Below, in pieces: positions 1 through 9,443 of a stretch of DNA of 51,710 nucleotides. The notes beneath the pieces are model-generated. The model did not search any database. It had not been told where the DNA came from and was given only the letters and a program-made list of their open reading frames with translations. Within the stretch, counting starts at the first letter, position 1. The number at the start of each line of letters is the position of its first letter. The DNA is from Bdellovibrionales bacterium (GTDB taxonomy: Bacteria > Bdellovibrionota > Bdellovibrionia > Bdellovibrionales > JAGQZY01). The DNA lies in NCBI GenBank assembly GCA_031426555.1, contig JANPLN010000044.1:1-51710 (forward strand). The letters run 5' to 3'. The position numbers and the translations under genes were made by a program.

Positions 1-1
1 G

Positions 2-1042
2 CGCGATGGCCAGATGCAAAAATTAAACGACATGGGTGCCACCGTTTTAGCAAATGCCTGTGGTCCTTGCATTGGTCAATGGAAGCGCGACGATATTAAA
101 AAAGGCGAAGTGAACACCATCGTGACAAGTTTCAATCGCAACTTTAAAGGTCGTAACGATTCCAATCAGGAAACATTATCTTTCATCGGCAGCCCCGAAA
201 TTGTCATGGCGCTGGGAATCGCAGGGCGTTTAGATTTTAATCCCATCACCGACACCATCGACACACCCATGGGACCAATGAAATTAAAGGCGCCGCAGGC
301 TCCTGAGTATCCAGCGAATGGCTTCGTTGCGGATCCTGAAGGTTATCAGGCGCCCGCGGGAAAAGATGCACAGGTGAAAGTGGACGCCAAATCAGAGCGA
401 TTACAGTTACTCGAGCCCTTTGCCAAGTGGGATGGCAACGACCTCAAAGGCATGTTTGTTCTCGCCAAAGCCAAAGGCAAATGCACAACGGATCACATTA
501 GCCCGGCGGGGAGTTGGTTGCGCTTCCGAGGTCACTTGGACAATATTTCTAACAACATGCTACTAACGGCAGTGAACGCCTTCACCGGTGAGGCCGGAAA
601 AGGTAAAAACCTGCTTACGAGTCAGACGCAAGAATTCGCCCAGCTCGGTCGCTCGTACAAAGCGGCTGGAAAACGGTGGATGATCATCGGCGATGAAAAC
701 TACGGCGAGGGTTCAAGTCGTGAGCATGCGGCCATGTCGCCACGTTTTTTAGGTTGTGCGGCTGTAGTTACAAAGAGTTTTGCGCGCATTCACGAAACTA
801 ATTTAAAAAAACAGGGCGTATTGGCGATGACCTTTGCGAACCCTGCTGACTACGATAAAATTCGCGAAGATGATGTGGTTTCCATCCTCGGTGTTACGAC
901 ACTGGCTCCAGGAAAAAACCTCACCATGGAACTCAAACACAACGACGGCACAACCGAACAACTTTCGATGAAGCATTCGTATAACAAAGAGCAAATTCTT
1001 TGGTTTCAAGCGGGTTCGGCATTGAATCTGCTGCGCTCATAA
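2..1042 (+). CDS. acnA: Aconitate hydratase (mitochondrial/Bacteroidetes-type), 5'-truncated by window edge
   Basis: NACGPCIGQW Fe-S Cys motif, TSFNRNF, KCTTDHISPAG and NYGEGSSREHAA swivel motifs; frame is open back to base 2. Confidence 0.93.
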   Translation, partial: RDGQMQKLNDMGATVLANACGPCIGQWKRDDIKKGEVNTIVTSFNRNFKGRNDSNQETLSFIGSPEIVMALGIAGRLDFNPITDTIDTPMGPMKLKAPQAPEYPANGFVADPEGYQAPAGKDAQVKVDAKSERLQLLEPFAKWDGNDLKGMFVLAKAKGKCTTDHISPAGSWLRFRGHLDNISNNMLLTAVNAFTGEAGKGKNLLTSQTQEFAQLGRSYKAAGKRWMIIGDENYGEGSSREHAAMSPRFLGCAAVVTKSFARIHETNLKKQGVLAMTFANPADYDKIREDDVVSILGVTTLAPGKNLTMELKHNDGTTEQLSMKHSYNKEQILWFQAGSALNLLRS

Positions 1043-1095
1043 AGCGCGACCGAGGTCGTGTTGCGGAGCCCTTTGGGACGTGAGATTATTTAACC

Positions 1096-2343
1096 ATGGC
1101 TTGGATCATCTTTTTCGTATCGGTTGTTGTTGTACATGCTCAAAACGACAATCCAAGGGAATTTCGGACAGCTCGTAATACGCAGCTGGGGCGAATGATC
1201 GGGGCCAATCTTTTGCCCGCCCAGGTTAAAAATCCTGAAGAGATTGATCGCTATCTGCAGTGCCATTTAACCACCGACGTCAGTCGAAGAGCCTATCGCG
1301 ATTATCAAACCAATTATGGGGAGCTCACACGACGAGCGTCGCAAACCTTTGATATGCCGCGCTCATTATCCACCTGCCTTATGTTTCGGGAAAGTGCATT
1401 CAACGACGGCCCGGAGGTGAAATCCAGTCAAGGAGCCCTGGGTATTCATCAAATGATGCCCAATACGTATAACGAAATTCGCTCGAGCATCATCGAAACC
1501 CAACGCGATGTTTTGCAAAAGAAACAATACGATGAACTTGTTTCTCGCCGGGTCGACATCAATCAAATCACTCCCGAGCAGAACGTTGCAAATCATAGTG
1601 AAAATGATTTTATTCGTTGCCATCAATTTTCACAAATGAGTGGCCCGTACTACGATCAGGCGAGTGCGGAGGAAAAGGTAAAAAGTCACACTGATTGCCG
1701 CGATAGCTTTTTAAAAATTGAGTACCGTGCACAGCTGCTAAATAATTACGGCATGTTTTTAAATTACGCAAAAAATGGGAGTCGGCATGACTCTCAATAT
1801 TCAACACTGCCCATGGGGAACAGAGACTCCACGCCCGCCTTTGTTTTGCCTCCCGAAAATATCAAAGATGGAATTCGCGATCCTAAGATGGTGATTGCGA
1901 TGCAAATGTACTATTTAAAAGAAATGATGCTGCGAATGGATAATAGATTAAATCCAAATGGAGCGGTTGGAGGAGACCCAGTTGGTTATCTTGTTCTTTT
2001 GGCTGGTGGTTACAATGCCGGACACAACGCTTTGTTGGATAGCATGGCTTCTGGAAACACTGTGCAAGAGTGGTGTAGAAGTTTGGGTCAAAAAGGCAAG
2101 GAAGAAACAATAAATTACATGCTATCGGTTCGTCGTTGTTTATCAAAAAGCGATTACACGGCTCCCACGGGTCAAGACTCTCTTTGTGAAAACAATCTGA
2201 TGCCGCGCATGGATGACCCCTGTGTGACAAGCCGACCTCCACCGCGCCCCGCAGGATTAGGACAAACTCACGCACAAGACGCACCAGCGGCCTTGGAAAG
2301 ATCACCGCGTCCACGTGCACGTCCTACAAATACTGAGCAGTGA
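1096..2343 (+). CDS. Secreted lytic transglycosylase (SLT-like) domain protein with long insertion
   Basis: N-terminal hydrophobic signal; RESAFN (catalytic Glu), SSQGALGIHQMMP and GYNAG match SLT motifs I-III. Confidence 0.7.
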   Translation: MAWIIFFVSVVVVHAQNDNPREFRTARNTQLGRMIGANLLPAQVKNPEEIDRYLQCHLTTDVSRRAYRDYQTNYGELTRRASQTFDMPRSLSTCLMFRESAFNDGPEVKSSQGALGIHQMMPNTYNEIRSSIIETQRDVLQKKQYDELVSRRVDINQITPEQNVANHSENDFIRCHQFSQMSGPYYDQASAEEKVKSHTDCRDSFLKIEYRAQLLNNYGMFLNYAKNGSRHDSQYSTLPMGNRDSTPAFVLPPENIKDGIRDPKMVIAMQMYYLKEMMLRMDNRLNPNGAVGGDPVGYLVLLAGGYNAGHNALLDSMASGNTVQEWCRSLGQKGKEETINYMLSVRRCLSKSDYTAPTGQDSLCENNLMPRMDDPCVTSRPPPRPAGLGQTHAQDAPAALERSPRPRARPTNTEQ

Positions 2344-2364
2344 TGTTATGGGGGTCAATGAGCC

Positions 2365-4020
2365 CTATGCGGTTTTTTTCACAAGGTTGTTGATGTGCAT
2401 ATAAACACCAGCTTCGATAAAGATTCGTAAAAGCTCAATGTCTAACTTGCCTTCATTGGCTTCGGACAAAAGAATATCTATAGCCGTGTCGGGTGTGAGT
2501 GATTTCTTGTAGGGTCGATCAAATGCAACGAGCGCATCGTAAATGTCGGCGATGGTCATCATCCTTGCCTGAATAGGGATCTCGGTTCCAGCGATGCCAC
2601 GGGGATACCCTGAGCCATCCATTTTTTCATGGTGACAGTGGGCGATGTGGGCCACTTGTTCGAGCCCATCGGTCCACGCGATTTGTTTTAAAAAATCGTA
2701 AGTGTGGGAAACATGGGATTCGATCTGCGATCGCTCTTCGCCGCTCAAGCTGCCTTTAGGGATGGATAAAATTTTTATTTCGTTATCAGTAAGTACTTTA
2801 TGATCAAAGTGACCAGAGGTGGAATTGATCATGTTGAGCATTCGATCCAAGGCCTTTTGGTCTTTAATCACATAGGGCTCGTTGGTTTGAATAACACCGC
2901 TTTTCATCTGTCGAACACGCAGTTTGGTGGTCTCGATGTGATGTTGGATGTCGTGCACTTTTTGATGAATCCATTTGGAGTCAACACTGGGGTCCTTTTC
3001 GACTTTTTCTAACAAGGTTTCGATAAACTGACGCCACTGCGAGGCTTCGCTTTTAGATTCTAAACCATCAAGACGCAGCAGAATTGACTCAAGCTCGCGA
3101 GAATGTAATTTCTTTTGTTTCAGTAAAACATCTTCTTTAATTCCAATTTTGCCAAAATCGTGCAGGAGGGCGGCATAGCGTAGTTCGCGAATTTGCTCTT
3201 CGGAAAAGTACACGTTTCTAAAGCTACCAACTTGTGTTTTGTGAATGGAGAGAGCGAGCTCTACAGTAAGAATGGCAACACGGTCGCTATGACCGCTCGT
3301 GGTAGGATCTCGCGCTTCAATGGCTTTTACTGACGCGTGCACGAAGCTTTCGAAAAGATTTTCAATACTCTCTGTGAGCTGGGCATTTTCGATGGCCACG
3401 GCGGCCTGCGAAGCAAACACCTTCATCAACTCTTCGTCATCTTTATCAAAAGCTATAATATCCTGTTGCGGGACGACTCCGTCTTTTAATTTTTTGATGC
3501 CATCGGCACCGAGCTTATTTACAACCTGCACCACTCCGCGAACTTGGCCGTGGGCGGAGATCATAGGGATGGTGAGCAATGATTTTGTTTTGTAGTTGTT
3601 ATCAATATCGTATTGCGAATTAAACCGATAGGGACTTTCGCTGTCGATTTTGTAGCAGTCTTCAATGTTAACGACTCTTTTTGAAAAGGCACTAAATCCC
3701 ACGATGCTTTTTTTGTTGATTTCAACCAGAGTGTTTTTATCTTTTGGCCCCTGAGAGCGATTCATGGTTCTTAAAAATTTGAGAACGGGAATTTTTTGCG
3801 GCACCAGGAGGGGATTGTTTTTAGCATCGTGGTAAATCATCTTTTTATCGATCAGATAAATGCTCGCGCCTTCGGCCTGGCAAACTTCGAGGCACTTATC
3901 CAAAAACATTTGCATCAGTTTTGTGAGTTCTTTTTCCGAAGATAGAGCGACGCCAATTTCGATCAGTTCTTTTAATTTTTCGGCCATCAGCGCCGGGTTC
4001 TGTTGGATCGACTGGGACAT
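2365..4020 (-). CDS. GAF + HD-GYP cyclic dinucleotide phosphodiesterase
   Basis: GAF with NKL...F..DDE motif; HSDRV, LLHDFGKI, HHEKMDGSGYP, DIYDAL..RPYK. Confidence 0.92.
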   Translation of the reverse strand: MSQSIQQNPALMAEKLKELIEIGVALSSEKELTKLMQMFLDKCLEVCQAEGASIYLIDKKMIYHDAKNNPLLVPQKIPVLKFLRTMNRSQGPKDKNTLVEINKKSIVGFSAFSKRVVNIEDCYKIDSESPYRFNSQYDIDNNYKTKSLLTIPMISAHGQVRGVVQVVNKLGADGIKKLKDGVVPQQDIIAFDKDDEELMKVFASQAAVAIENAQLTESIENLFESFVHASVKAIEARDPTTSGHSDRVAILTVELALSIHKTQVGSFRNVYFSEEQIRELRYAALLHDFGKIGIKEDVLLKQKKLHSRELESILLRLDGLESKSEASQWRQFIETLLEKVEKDPSVDSKWIHQKVHDIQHHIETTKLRVRQMKSGVIQTNEPYVIKDQKALDRMLNMINSTSGHFDHKVLTDNEIKILSIPKGSLSGEERSQIESHVSHTYDFLKQIAWTDGLEQVAHIAHCHHEKMDGSGYPRGIAGTEIPIQARMMTIADIYDALVAFDRPYKKSLTPDTAIDILLSEANEGKLDIELLRIFIEAGVYMHINNLVKKTA

Positions 4021-4026
4021 ACTTCT

Positions 4027-4054
4027 TTTTCGGCTTTTTTTTAAATAATTTTGA
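4027..4054 (-). promoter_or_regulatory. sigma28 (FliA)-like promoter for HD-GYP gene
   Basis: Minus strand TCAA-N16-GCCGAAAA, 6 nt before the ATG at 4020. Confidence 0.5.
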
Positions 4055-4072
4055 GCACTTAAACAAAAAAAT

Positions 4073-4087
4073 GTCTCGTTTTGAGAC
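4073..4087. promoter_or_regulatory. Palindromic operator-like motif GTCTCGTTTTGAGAC
   Basis: Dyad symmetry between divergent genes; near-copies at 30348, 30373 and 42931. Confidence 0.5.
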
Positions 4088-4100
4088 TGTTCTTTTTATT

Positions 4101-4128
4101 TAAAGTTTTTCAGGCCTTTTGGCGATAA
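4101..4128 (+). promoter_or_regulatory. sigma28 (FliA)-like promoter
   Basis: TAAAGTTT...GGCGATAA (TAAA-N16-GGCGATAA), close to consensus TAAAGTTT-N11-GCCGATAA. Confidence 0.6.
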
Positions 4129-4150
4129 GAAACTACAGGGGGAGGGTACA

Positions 4151-4657
4151 GTGTCTCTAAAAATAAAACATGCTTACTTGCTCCTCGCCTTGGGTCCCAT
4201 CCTGTTCTTCCAAAACTGTGGGTCAGACTATGCGGCTTCGTCTTTGTATGCAGACAATGGTACAGGTACCTTTAACAGCCAAGACTGCATTTCGGCGGTG
4301 GTGGATTGTGGACCAAAGAGCGAGTTCCTTTTAGTAAGTATAGATACGCAGGATCCGCTGGTGCTCTCGATAACCGACACGTTTTACGTGATCTCGGGTC
4401 GCTGCAATACGGGCAACTATCCAGAGCACACGATTACATATGAGGTTAGAAACGCGGTGGGCACACGTGTTCTCAATCAAGTGATGCAGGGGATGTGCTT
4501 GTCGGGAAGATACCAGTTTAACTTGCCACTCGGCGGGCTTGCCAGTAACCAAAATCTCTCGTTACTTGTGACTATTACAGGGATTGATGATGAAGGACGT
4601 ACGTTTACCAGCACTCAAGCTGGCGGCAGTGGTCGAATCGACTTTTTTAGACAATAA
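4151..4657 (+). CDS. Hypothetical lipoprotein (FQNC-type signal)
   Basis: GGGGAGG RBS before the GTG; hydrophobic leader ending LFFQNCG. Confidence 0.7.
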   Translation: MSLKIKHAYLLLALGPILFFQNCGSDYAASSLYADNGTGTFNSQDCISAVVDCGPKSEFLLVSIDTQDPLVLSITDTFYVISGRCNTGNYPEHTITYEVRNAVGTRVLNQVMQGMCLSGRYQFNLPLGGLASNQNLSLLVTITGIDDEGRTFTSTQAGGSGRIDFFRQ

Positions 4658-4668
4658 CTATCGCAAAA

Positions 4669-5808
4669 TCAAAAAACAAAAAAATCTTTATCGGCAATGC
4701 TTTGTCCAAAACCGGTTTCGCTAAGTCCTGAGATGATGGGTAGGGCCCCCATATCAGGAACGATTTGCGAAAAGCGATGGGGCATGGAAAGTTGCTGAGC
4801 GATTTCCATGGATTTGTCGAGGCTGCCGGTAAAGACCGCTGCGGAACTTGCATAGTTGGTTGTGTTGGCAAACTTAACGGCTTCTGCCGTAGTTTTGAAC
4901 CGCGTGATCGTAAGAACAGGTCCTAATACTTCCTGCTGGTGCCAAGGGGAGCAGTTGTTAAAGTCGCTGTTCAAGTGAATCGAACCTAGCTGCCAATTTT
5001 TTTCCTTCAAGAGAGATATGTTCTGTGTTTGCAAAACCTGATGGTAGATTGCATCGCTTTCGATTTTTGGTGCAGGAAATTTTGCGATGTGAAGTTCGAG
5101 GTGTTTTATGAATTCCGAAAAGTTTTTTTCCTGAACAAACCAGCGATTGAAAGAGTGCTCGGCAAGATAGGAATTATCCAGCGCTAAAGCGAGGATTTCT
5201 TTTAAAGAGTCGAGAGGTGCATCGTGGGTAAAAATCACTGGATTGCGGCCACCCAAATGGACACGAAGTCGCTTTTTAAAGATGGGTAGATTTAGGTTTT
5301 TTAAAAAAGCCCCTTCATAGTGCCGGCCCTCAAAATGTATCGCTTTCAATGAGGGGTGCATGACAAGAGTTTCCAGCAATTCCGTATCTTGAGTGCTTAG
5401 CAGCGCCACCGATTTTTCGGGAAGTCCTTTCTGTAGCAGTCGCGAAATGAGGCGTTCGTAAACATCATGTTGATCAGGACTGCACAAAAAAACCACGGAG
5501 CAGCGATTTTTTAAGGCGTGCAACAGCGGTATGAGGCGAAGCAGGGGAGACGATGAGCTTCCGTAGATAAGACTCGCTCCCAAAGGCGGGCGCTGGGGAT
5601 GAGTGTCCTGAGAGAGGGCTTTGGTTTTGAATGAAAAGTGCGCGGTTTCCCGCGAATCGTTACTGGTGTTTTGAACATCCGTCACAAAATCTGCCAAAGC
5701 TGTCTGAAGTTTGGCCGAGGAAAATTTCTGCAAGTCGGTAAATCCCTGCACGGCTGTTTGGATGGCTTGGATCAATTGAGAAAAATCCGGAGATTTAAAA
5801 TGGATCAT
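4669..5808 (-). CDS. Aldehyde dehydrogenase-fold protein, catalytically degenerate
   Basis: HLGGRNP, QEVLGPVL and AVKFANTTNY ALDH-like motifs; start placed at ATG 5808 overlapping the phoD stop (ATGA). Confidence 0.7.
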   Translation of the reverse strand: MIHFKSPDFSQLIQAIQTAVQGFTDLQKFSSAKLQTALADFVTDVQNTSNDSRETAHFSFKTKALSQDTHPQRPPLGASLIYGSSSSPLLRLIPLLHALKNRCSVVFLCSPDQHDVYERLISRLLQKGLPEKSVALLSTQDTELLETLVMHPSLKAIHFEGRHYEGAFLKNLNLPIFKKRLRVHLGGRNPVIFTHDAPLDSLKEILALALDNSYLAEHSFNRWFVQEKNFSEFIKHLELHIAKFPAPKIESDAIYHQVLQTQNISLLKEKNWQLGSIHLNSDFNNCSPWHQQEVLGPVLTITRFKTTAEAVKFANTTNYASSAAVFTGSLDKSMEIAQQLSMPHRFSQIVPDMGALPIISGLSETGFGQSIADKDFFVF

Positions 5809-7136
5809 GGAGAGAGGTGGCTTTTGGAAGTGAAATGGAAAGTTTGGCGAAACAGGGAGGCAAAATTTTCTCCCCAAACCTCAGCATCAAACTGAATGGC
5901 TTTTTCTTGATCGATATCAATCTTTAAATCCAAATAATTACTCATCCCATCTTTTACAAAAATTCGCCGTGGATTTTTGTGCTGATCGGCCGAACCCGGG
6001 TGCATCTTTGCGTGCAGGCCGCTCGATGTCATTTCGAGAGTTTCAAAACCAAAAACAGACTTTTCAATTTTCGAAACCTCGGAGAGGTGGCGATCGCCAG
6101 AAAGAAAAATAAGCGGTTTTTTCGTATTTTTTAGCTCTTTGATAATTTTTTTGAAATCTTCCGGATGATGGCCTTCGAAAGATTCGAATCGATGATAGCC
6201 GCCAAAAAATTGATCGCCGCTAATGAGCCATGTGGGACCTTTGTGCTTCTGGATTTGCTCAAGAAGCCAGCTGGTCTGTTCTGCGCCGAAGTGGGTTTGG
6301 GGTTTGCTGAGTTTCGCCGAGCGAAAGCTGCGATCATCTAAAAATAGAAATTGCTGATGACCAATTTTTAACGCCGACGCAACTCCCGGTCCCGATTGCA
6401 AAATAGAATTGGGTTCCATGGGAAAAAAAGTTTTAAACACACTCTGTGCAAAGAGTTTGTGCTGAAACTCAGCCCCGCCATCGTTGATACCAAAATCGTG
6501 ATCGTCCCAAGTGGCAAAAACCGGGATCAATTGCTTGCTTTTGTAAAGATCCAGGCGTTGAGCGGTCTCTGCATAGCGGCGCCAGATATCGTCTTCGTTC
6601 ACGCTTTTCAAGGGAACAGGACCACCGTCCACGTAAACATTGTCGCCGATCATAAAAAGAAGATCGGGTTTCTGCTCGCTAATCTGCTTCCACTGCTTTT
6701 TTTGCAAGTCTGCATAGGAATCATCGGTGCACGAAATCACAAAGAGACGAGTATGGGTCCACGTTTTTGGGAGAGTTTTAAAATAGCGCTCGTCGACTAT
6801 TATTTTTTTTGCGTCGGTCGTGTCGCCTTCGTAGATGCGAAGCGTGTACAACAGCTCAGGGGTCAGATTATCGAGGTGCAATTGTAGAACCTGCGTCGTG
6901 GAACCGGGACGAACTTTTTTATTTAACGTGGGTGATTCGAGGAGACTATTGTCAAAACTAACGGCGACGGAGTAATTTTTGTCGGCGGGGGCAATGATAT
7001 TGATTTGCGTGGAGGTTTCGTCGGTGGCTCCTTGCAGAACCGACAGCCCGCTTGGCAACCCGTTTATGGTGGGCCTTGCGGTGTAGCAGCTTGAAACAAA
7101 AATGGAACAGATCAATAGCGCAGAGGATTTGAGCAT
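5805..7136 (-). CDS. phoD: Alkaline phosphatase D family lipoprotein
   Basis: Lipobox VSSC; GDNVYVD, TWDDHDFGINDG, LDDRSFR, LSGDRH motifs. Confidence 0.85.
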   Translation of the reverse strand: MLKSSALLICSIFVSSCYTARPTINGLPSGLSVLQGATDETSTQINIIAPADKNYSVAVSFDNSLLESPTLNKKVRPGSTTQVLQLHLDNLTPELLYTLRIYEGDTTDAKKIIVDERYFKTLPKTWTHTRLFVISCTDDSYADLQKKQWKQISEQKPDLLFMIGDNVYVDGGPVPLKSVNEDDIWRRYAETAQRLDLYKSKQLIPVFATWDDHDFGINDGGAEFQHKLFAQSVFKTFFPMEPNSILQSGPGVASALKIGHQQFLFLDDRSFRSAKLSKPQTHFGAEQTSWLLEQIQKHKGPTWLISGDQFFGGYHRFESFEGHHPEDFKKIIKELKNTKKPLIFLSGDRHLSEVSKIEKSVFGFETLEMTSSGLHAKMHPGSADQHKNPRRIFVKDGMSNYLDLKIDIDQEKAIQFDAEVWGENFASLFRQTFHFTSKSHLSP

Positions 7137-7137
7137 A

Positions 7138-8052
7138 CTAGTTGGCTTTGATTTTGTTCATTAAAAAATGAAAGCTCTCGTGCACGGCCGACGACCAGCT
7201 TCTTCCTTTGACGAAGGCCACACTGATTTTATTTTTTAATTCTTTCGAAGATTTTCCATCAAAAATATAAAGATGTTTCCCTTCGGCTTTTAATTTTTCA
7301 ACATGGTGACCCGGCAAGATGCCAATTCCGAGGCTGGATTGAATCAATTTGGCAACACCGAGAGTGTCCGCGAGAACCGCTCTTACTTTGATGTCGATAT
7401 TTGAATGTTTATAATGGTGTTCGATCCATCGCTGTGACATCGGCAAGTCCTGGTCGTATTCGATGTACTCAAGGCCCTCAAAGTACTTCTTAGTGGTTCC
7501 TTCGCCCTTGGATTTTATGTAGTCCTTAGAAGCGCACAAAAGCAGAGTTTCATCATACACATTTTCAGTCTCAATCTGCCGATCCATTGTGAACTCATCA
7601 ACAAAAGCAAAATCCACATCGCCCTTAAGCAATAGATTGTTAAAGCTTCGCGCCAGATCGAAGTGAATTTTAAATTTCAGCAGTGGGTGCAACTTGCCCA
7701 GCTCGGCGAGCATCGGAACTATGATATTTAAACCAAAAACTACTGGCATACCAATCACCACTTCTCCGCGAAGCGTATTATCTTTGTTTGTGAGTTGCAG
7801 CAAAATTTCTTCCAGCTTCGAAAGGTGAGGAGAGAGCTGCACGTAGAGATTTTTTCCATCTTCTGTTGGAATTAATTTTTGTTTGATTCTGTCAAAGAGC
7901 TTGATCTGTAGATTGTCTTCCAGAGAGCGGATGTGCTGACTGATTCCAGACTGAGTTAAATGGAGCTCGGCCGCGGCTTGAGTCATGCTGCGTGTACGGT
8001 ATACGGCCTCAAAGATGCGCAGATAGTTCATATTGATTTGGTCTAAGAGCAT
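7138..8052 (-). CDS. LysR-family transcriptional regulator
   Basis: N-terminal HTH SMTQAAAELHLTQSGISQHIRSLE..KLFDR; 304 aa. Confidence 0.93.
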   Translation of the reverse strand: MLLDQINMNYLRIFEAVYRTRSMTQAAAELHLTQSGISQHIRSLEDNLQIKLFDRIKQKLIPTEDGKNLYVQLSPHLSKLEEILLQLTNKDNTLRGEVVIGMPVVFGLNIIVPMLAELGKLHPLLKFKIHFDLARSFNNLLLKGDVDFAFVDEFTMDRQIETENVYDETLLLCASKDYIKSKGEGTTKKYFEGLEYIEYDQDLPMSQRWIEHHYKHSNIDIKVRAVLADTLGVAKLIQSSLGIGILPGHHVEKLKAEGKHLYIFDGKSSKELKNKISVAFVKGRSWSSAVHESFHFLMNKIKAN

Positions 8053-8274
8053 GGGCGGATCCTTCGTTTTATGTACAAGTTATTCTCATTGAGACTATTC
8101 TCCAGTCAATGAAGAATTTAAAAGCCAAGGCATTTCAGGGGGTTAAAATGACTGGCTCAAGATAATATGCGTCAGTTTGATGCAGAACTGAAGAATTCCC
8201 TCAGCAAAGTCGAGGCCTAAGACGAAAGTGTGTATGGGTCATAAGAACCGCCATGTGCGGTACGGAGGAGCCCC

Positions 8275-9387
8275 ATGAGTAAGTATCTGTACAAATTAGT
8301 GTGGTCGGTGACGGTGCTTGTTGCAACAGCCTGCGGTGGTAAAACCTTTAACGTGGCAGATGACGGCTCAAGTTTTCAACAGTCCAATGGAGCAAAAAGC
8401 GTTCCTGTGGACATCTTATGGGTGATCGATAATTCGGGCTCCATGGAATCATCGCAAGGATTGCTAGCGGCCAACTTTCCGTCCTTTATTGATAAGTTTG
8501 TGCAAACAAATTTTGATTTTAGAATGGCCGTGGTGACGACAGACGCTTACAAAGGCATGGCGCCCTACGGTTCTGATTTAACCATGGCAAAGTTCCGTGA
8601 TGGCGAAAGAGACTACTATCCAGCAGATGGTATTGATGACTCCACAAGCAGCGGTTACTTTGTAATTGATCGCAACACGCCAAACATAACCAACGTATTT
8701 CAAACCAACGTACTTCAAGGCATTTATGGTGGTGGCGATGAGCGCGGTTTTCAAAGTATGGAAGCGGCACTCTTAAATCTAGAAAACAGAGCCACGCCTT
8801 TTCCACGTCCTGGTGCTTTTTTGGTTGTGATCTTTTTAACTGATGAAGAAGACTTTTCGTGGGATGGTACTGCTGGGATTCAAATCGTAACCGACCCGGC
8901 AACTGGGCAGCCGGTTAATAACTCGATCACTGATCCTCGTTTACATCCGATTTCGCGTTACATTGATATTTTAAACACGGCGACAAACAGTACGACAACG
9001 CAAAAAAATTATATGGTGAACACCATTGCCATCTTTGACGATGCTTGCAGACAGCAGCTCACAACGCCAACTTTTACAGGCCGACGAACTGCCGACAGAT
9101 ATGCACAACTCGTGGATGCTACGGGCGGTTTGAAATCGAGTCTTTGCGGAAACTTCGACACTATTATGACGAACATTTCAGATTCGATTTTGGAATTCTC
9201 TACCAAGTTTTATCTCAATCGCACACCCATCGTAGAGACGATTCGAGTGTTTGTTGATGGAGTCGAAGCAGTTGCTGCGGCTTGGGTTTACGATGCTGGA
9301 GAAAACTCAGTCACGTTTAACATCGGCTACATCCCCGCACAGGGTGCTGATATCCGCGTGAGCTTTACGCCAAGCACATTAAGATAA
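8275..9387 (+). CDS. von Willebrand A (MIDAS) domain lipoprotein
   Basis: GGAGGAG RBS; lipobox ATAC; VDILWVIDNSGSM MIDAS motif; IFLTDEED. Confidence 0.8.
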   Translation: MSKYLYKLVWSVTVLVATACGGKTFNVADDGSSFQQSNGAKSVPVDILWVIDNSGSMESSQGLLAANFPSFIDKFVQTNFDFRMAVVTTDAYKGMAPYGSDLTMAKFRDGERDYYPADGIDDSTSSGYFVIDRNTPNITNVFQTNVLQGIYGGGDERGFQSMEAALLNLENRATPFPRPGAFLVVIFLTDEEDFSWDGTAGIQIVTDPATGQPVNNSITDPRLHPISRYIDILNTATNSTTTQKNYMVNTIAIFDDACRQQLTTPTFTGRRTADRYAQLVDATGGLKSSLCGNFDTIMTNISDSILEFSTKFYLNRTPIVETIRVFVDGVEAVAAAWVYDAGENSVTFNIGYIPAQGADIRVSFTPSTLR

Positions 9388-9410
9388 GTAACAGGTTTAC
9401 AATTGAGTTG

Positions 9411-9443
9411 AACAAGAGCCTCTCACAGAGGCTTTTTGTTTTT
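9411..9443. terminator. Bidirectional intrinsic terminator
   Basis: aacaagagcctct-cac-agaggctttttgtt hairpin with T tract between convergent genes. Confidence 0.75.
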
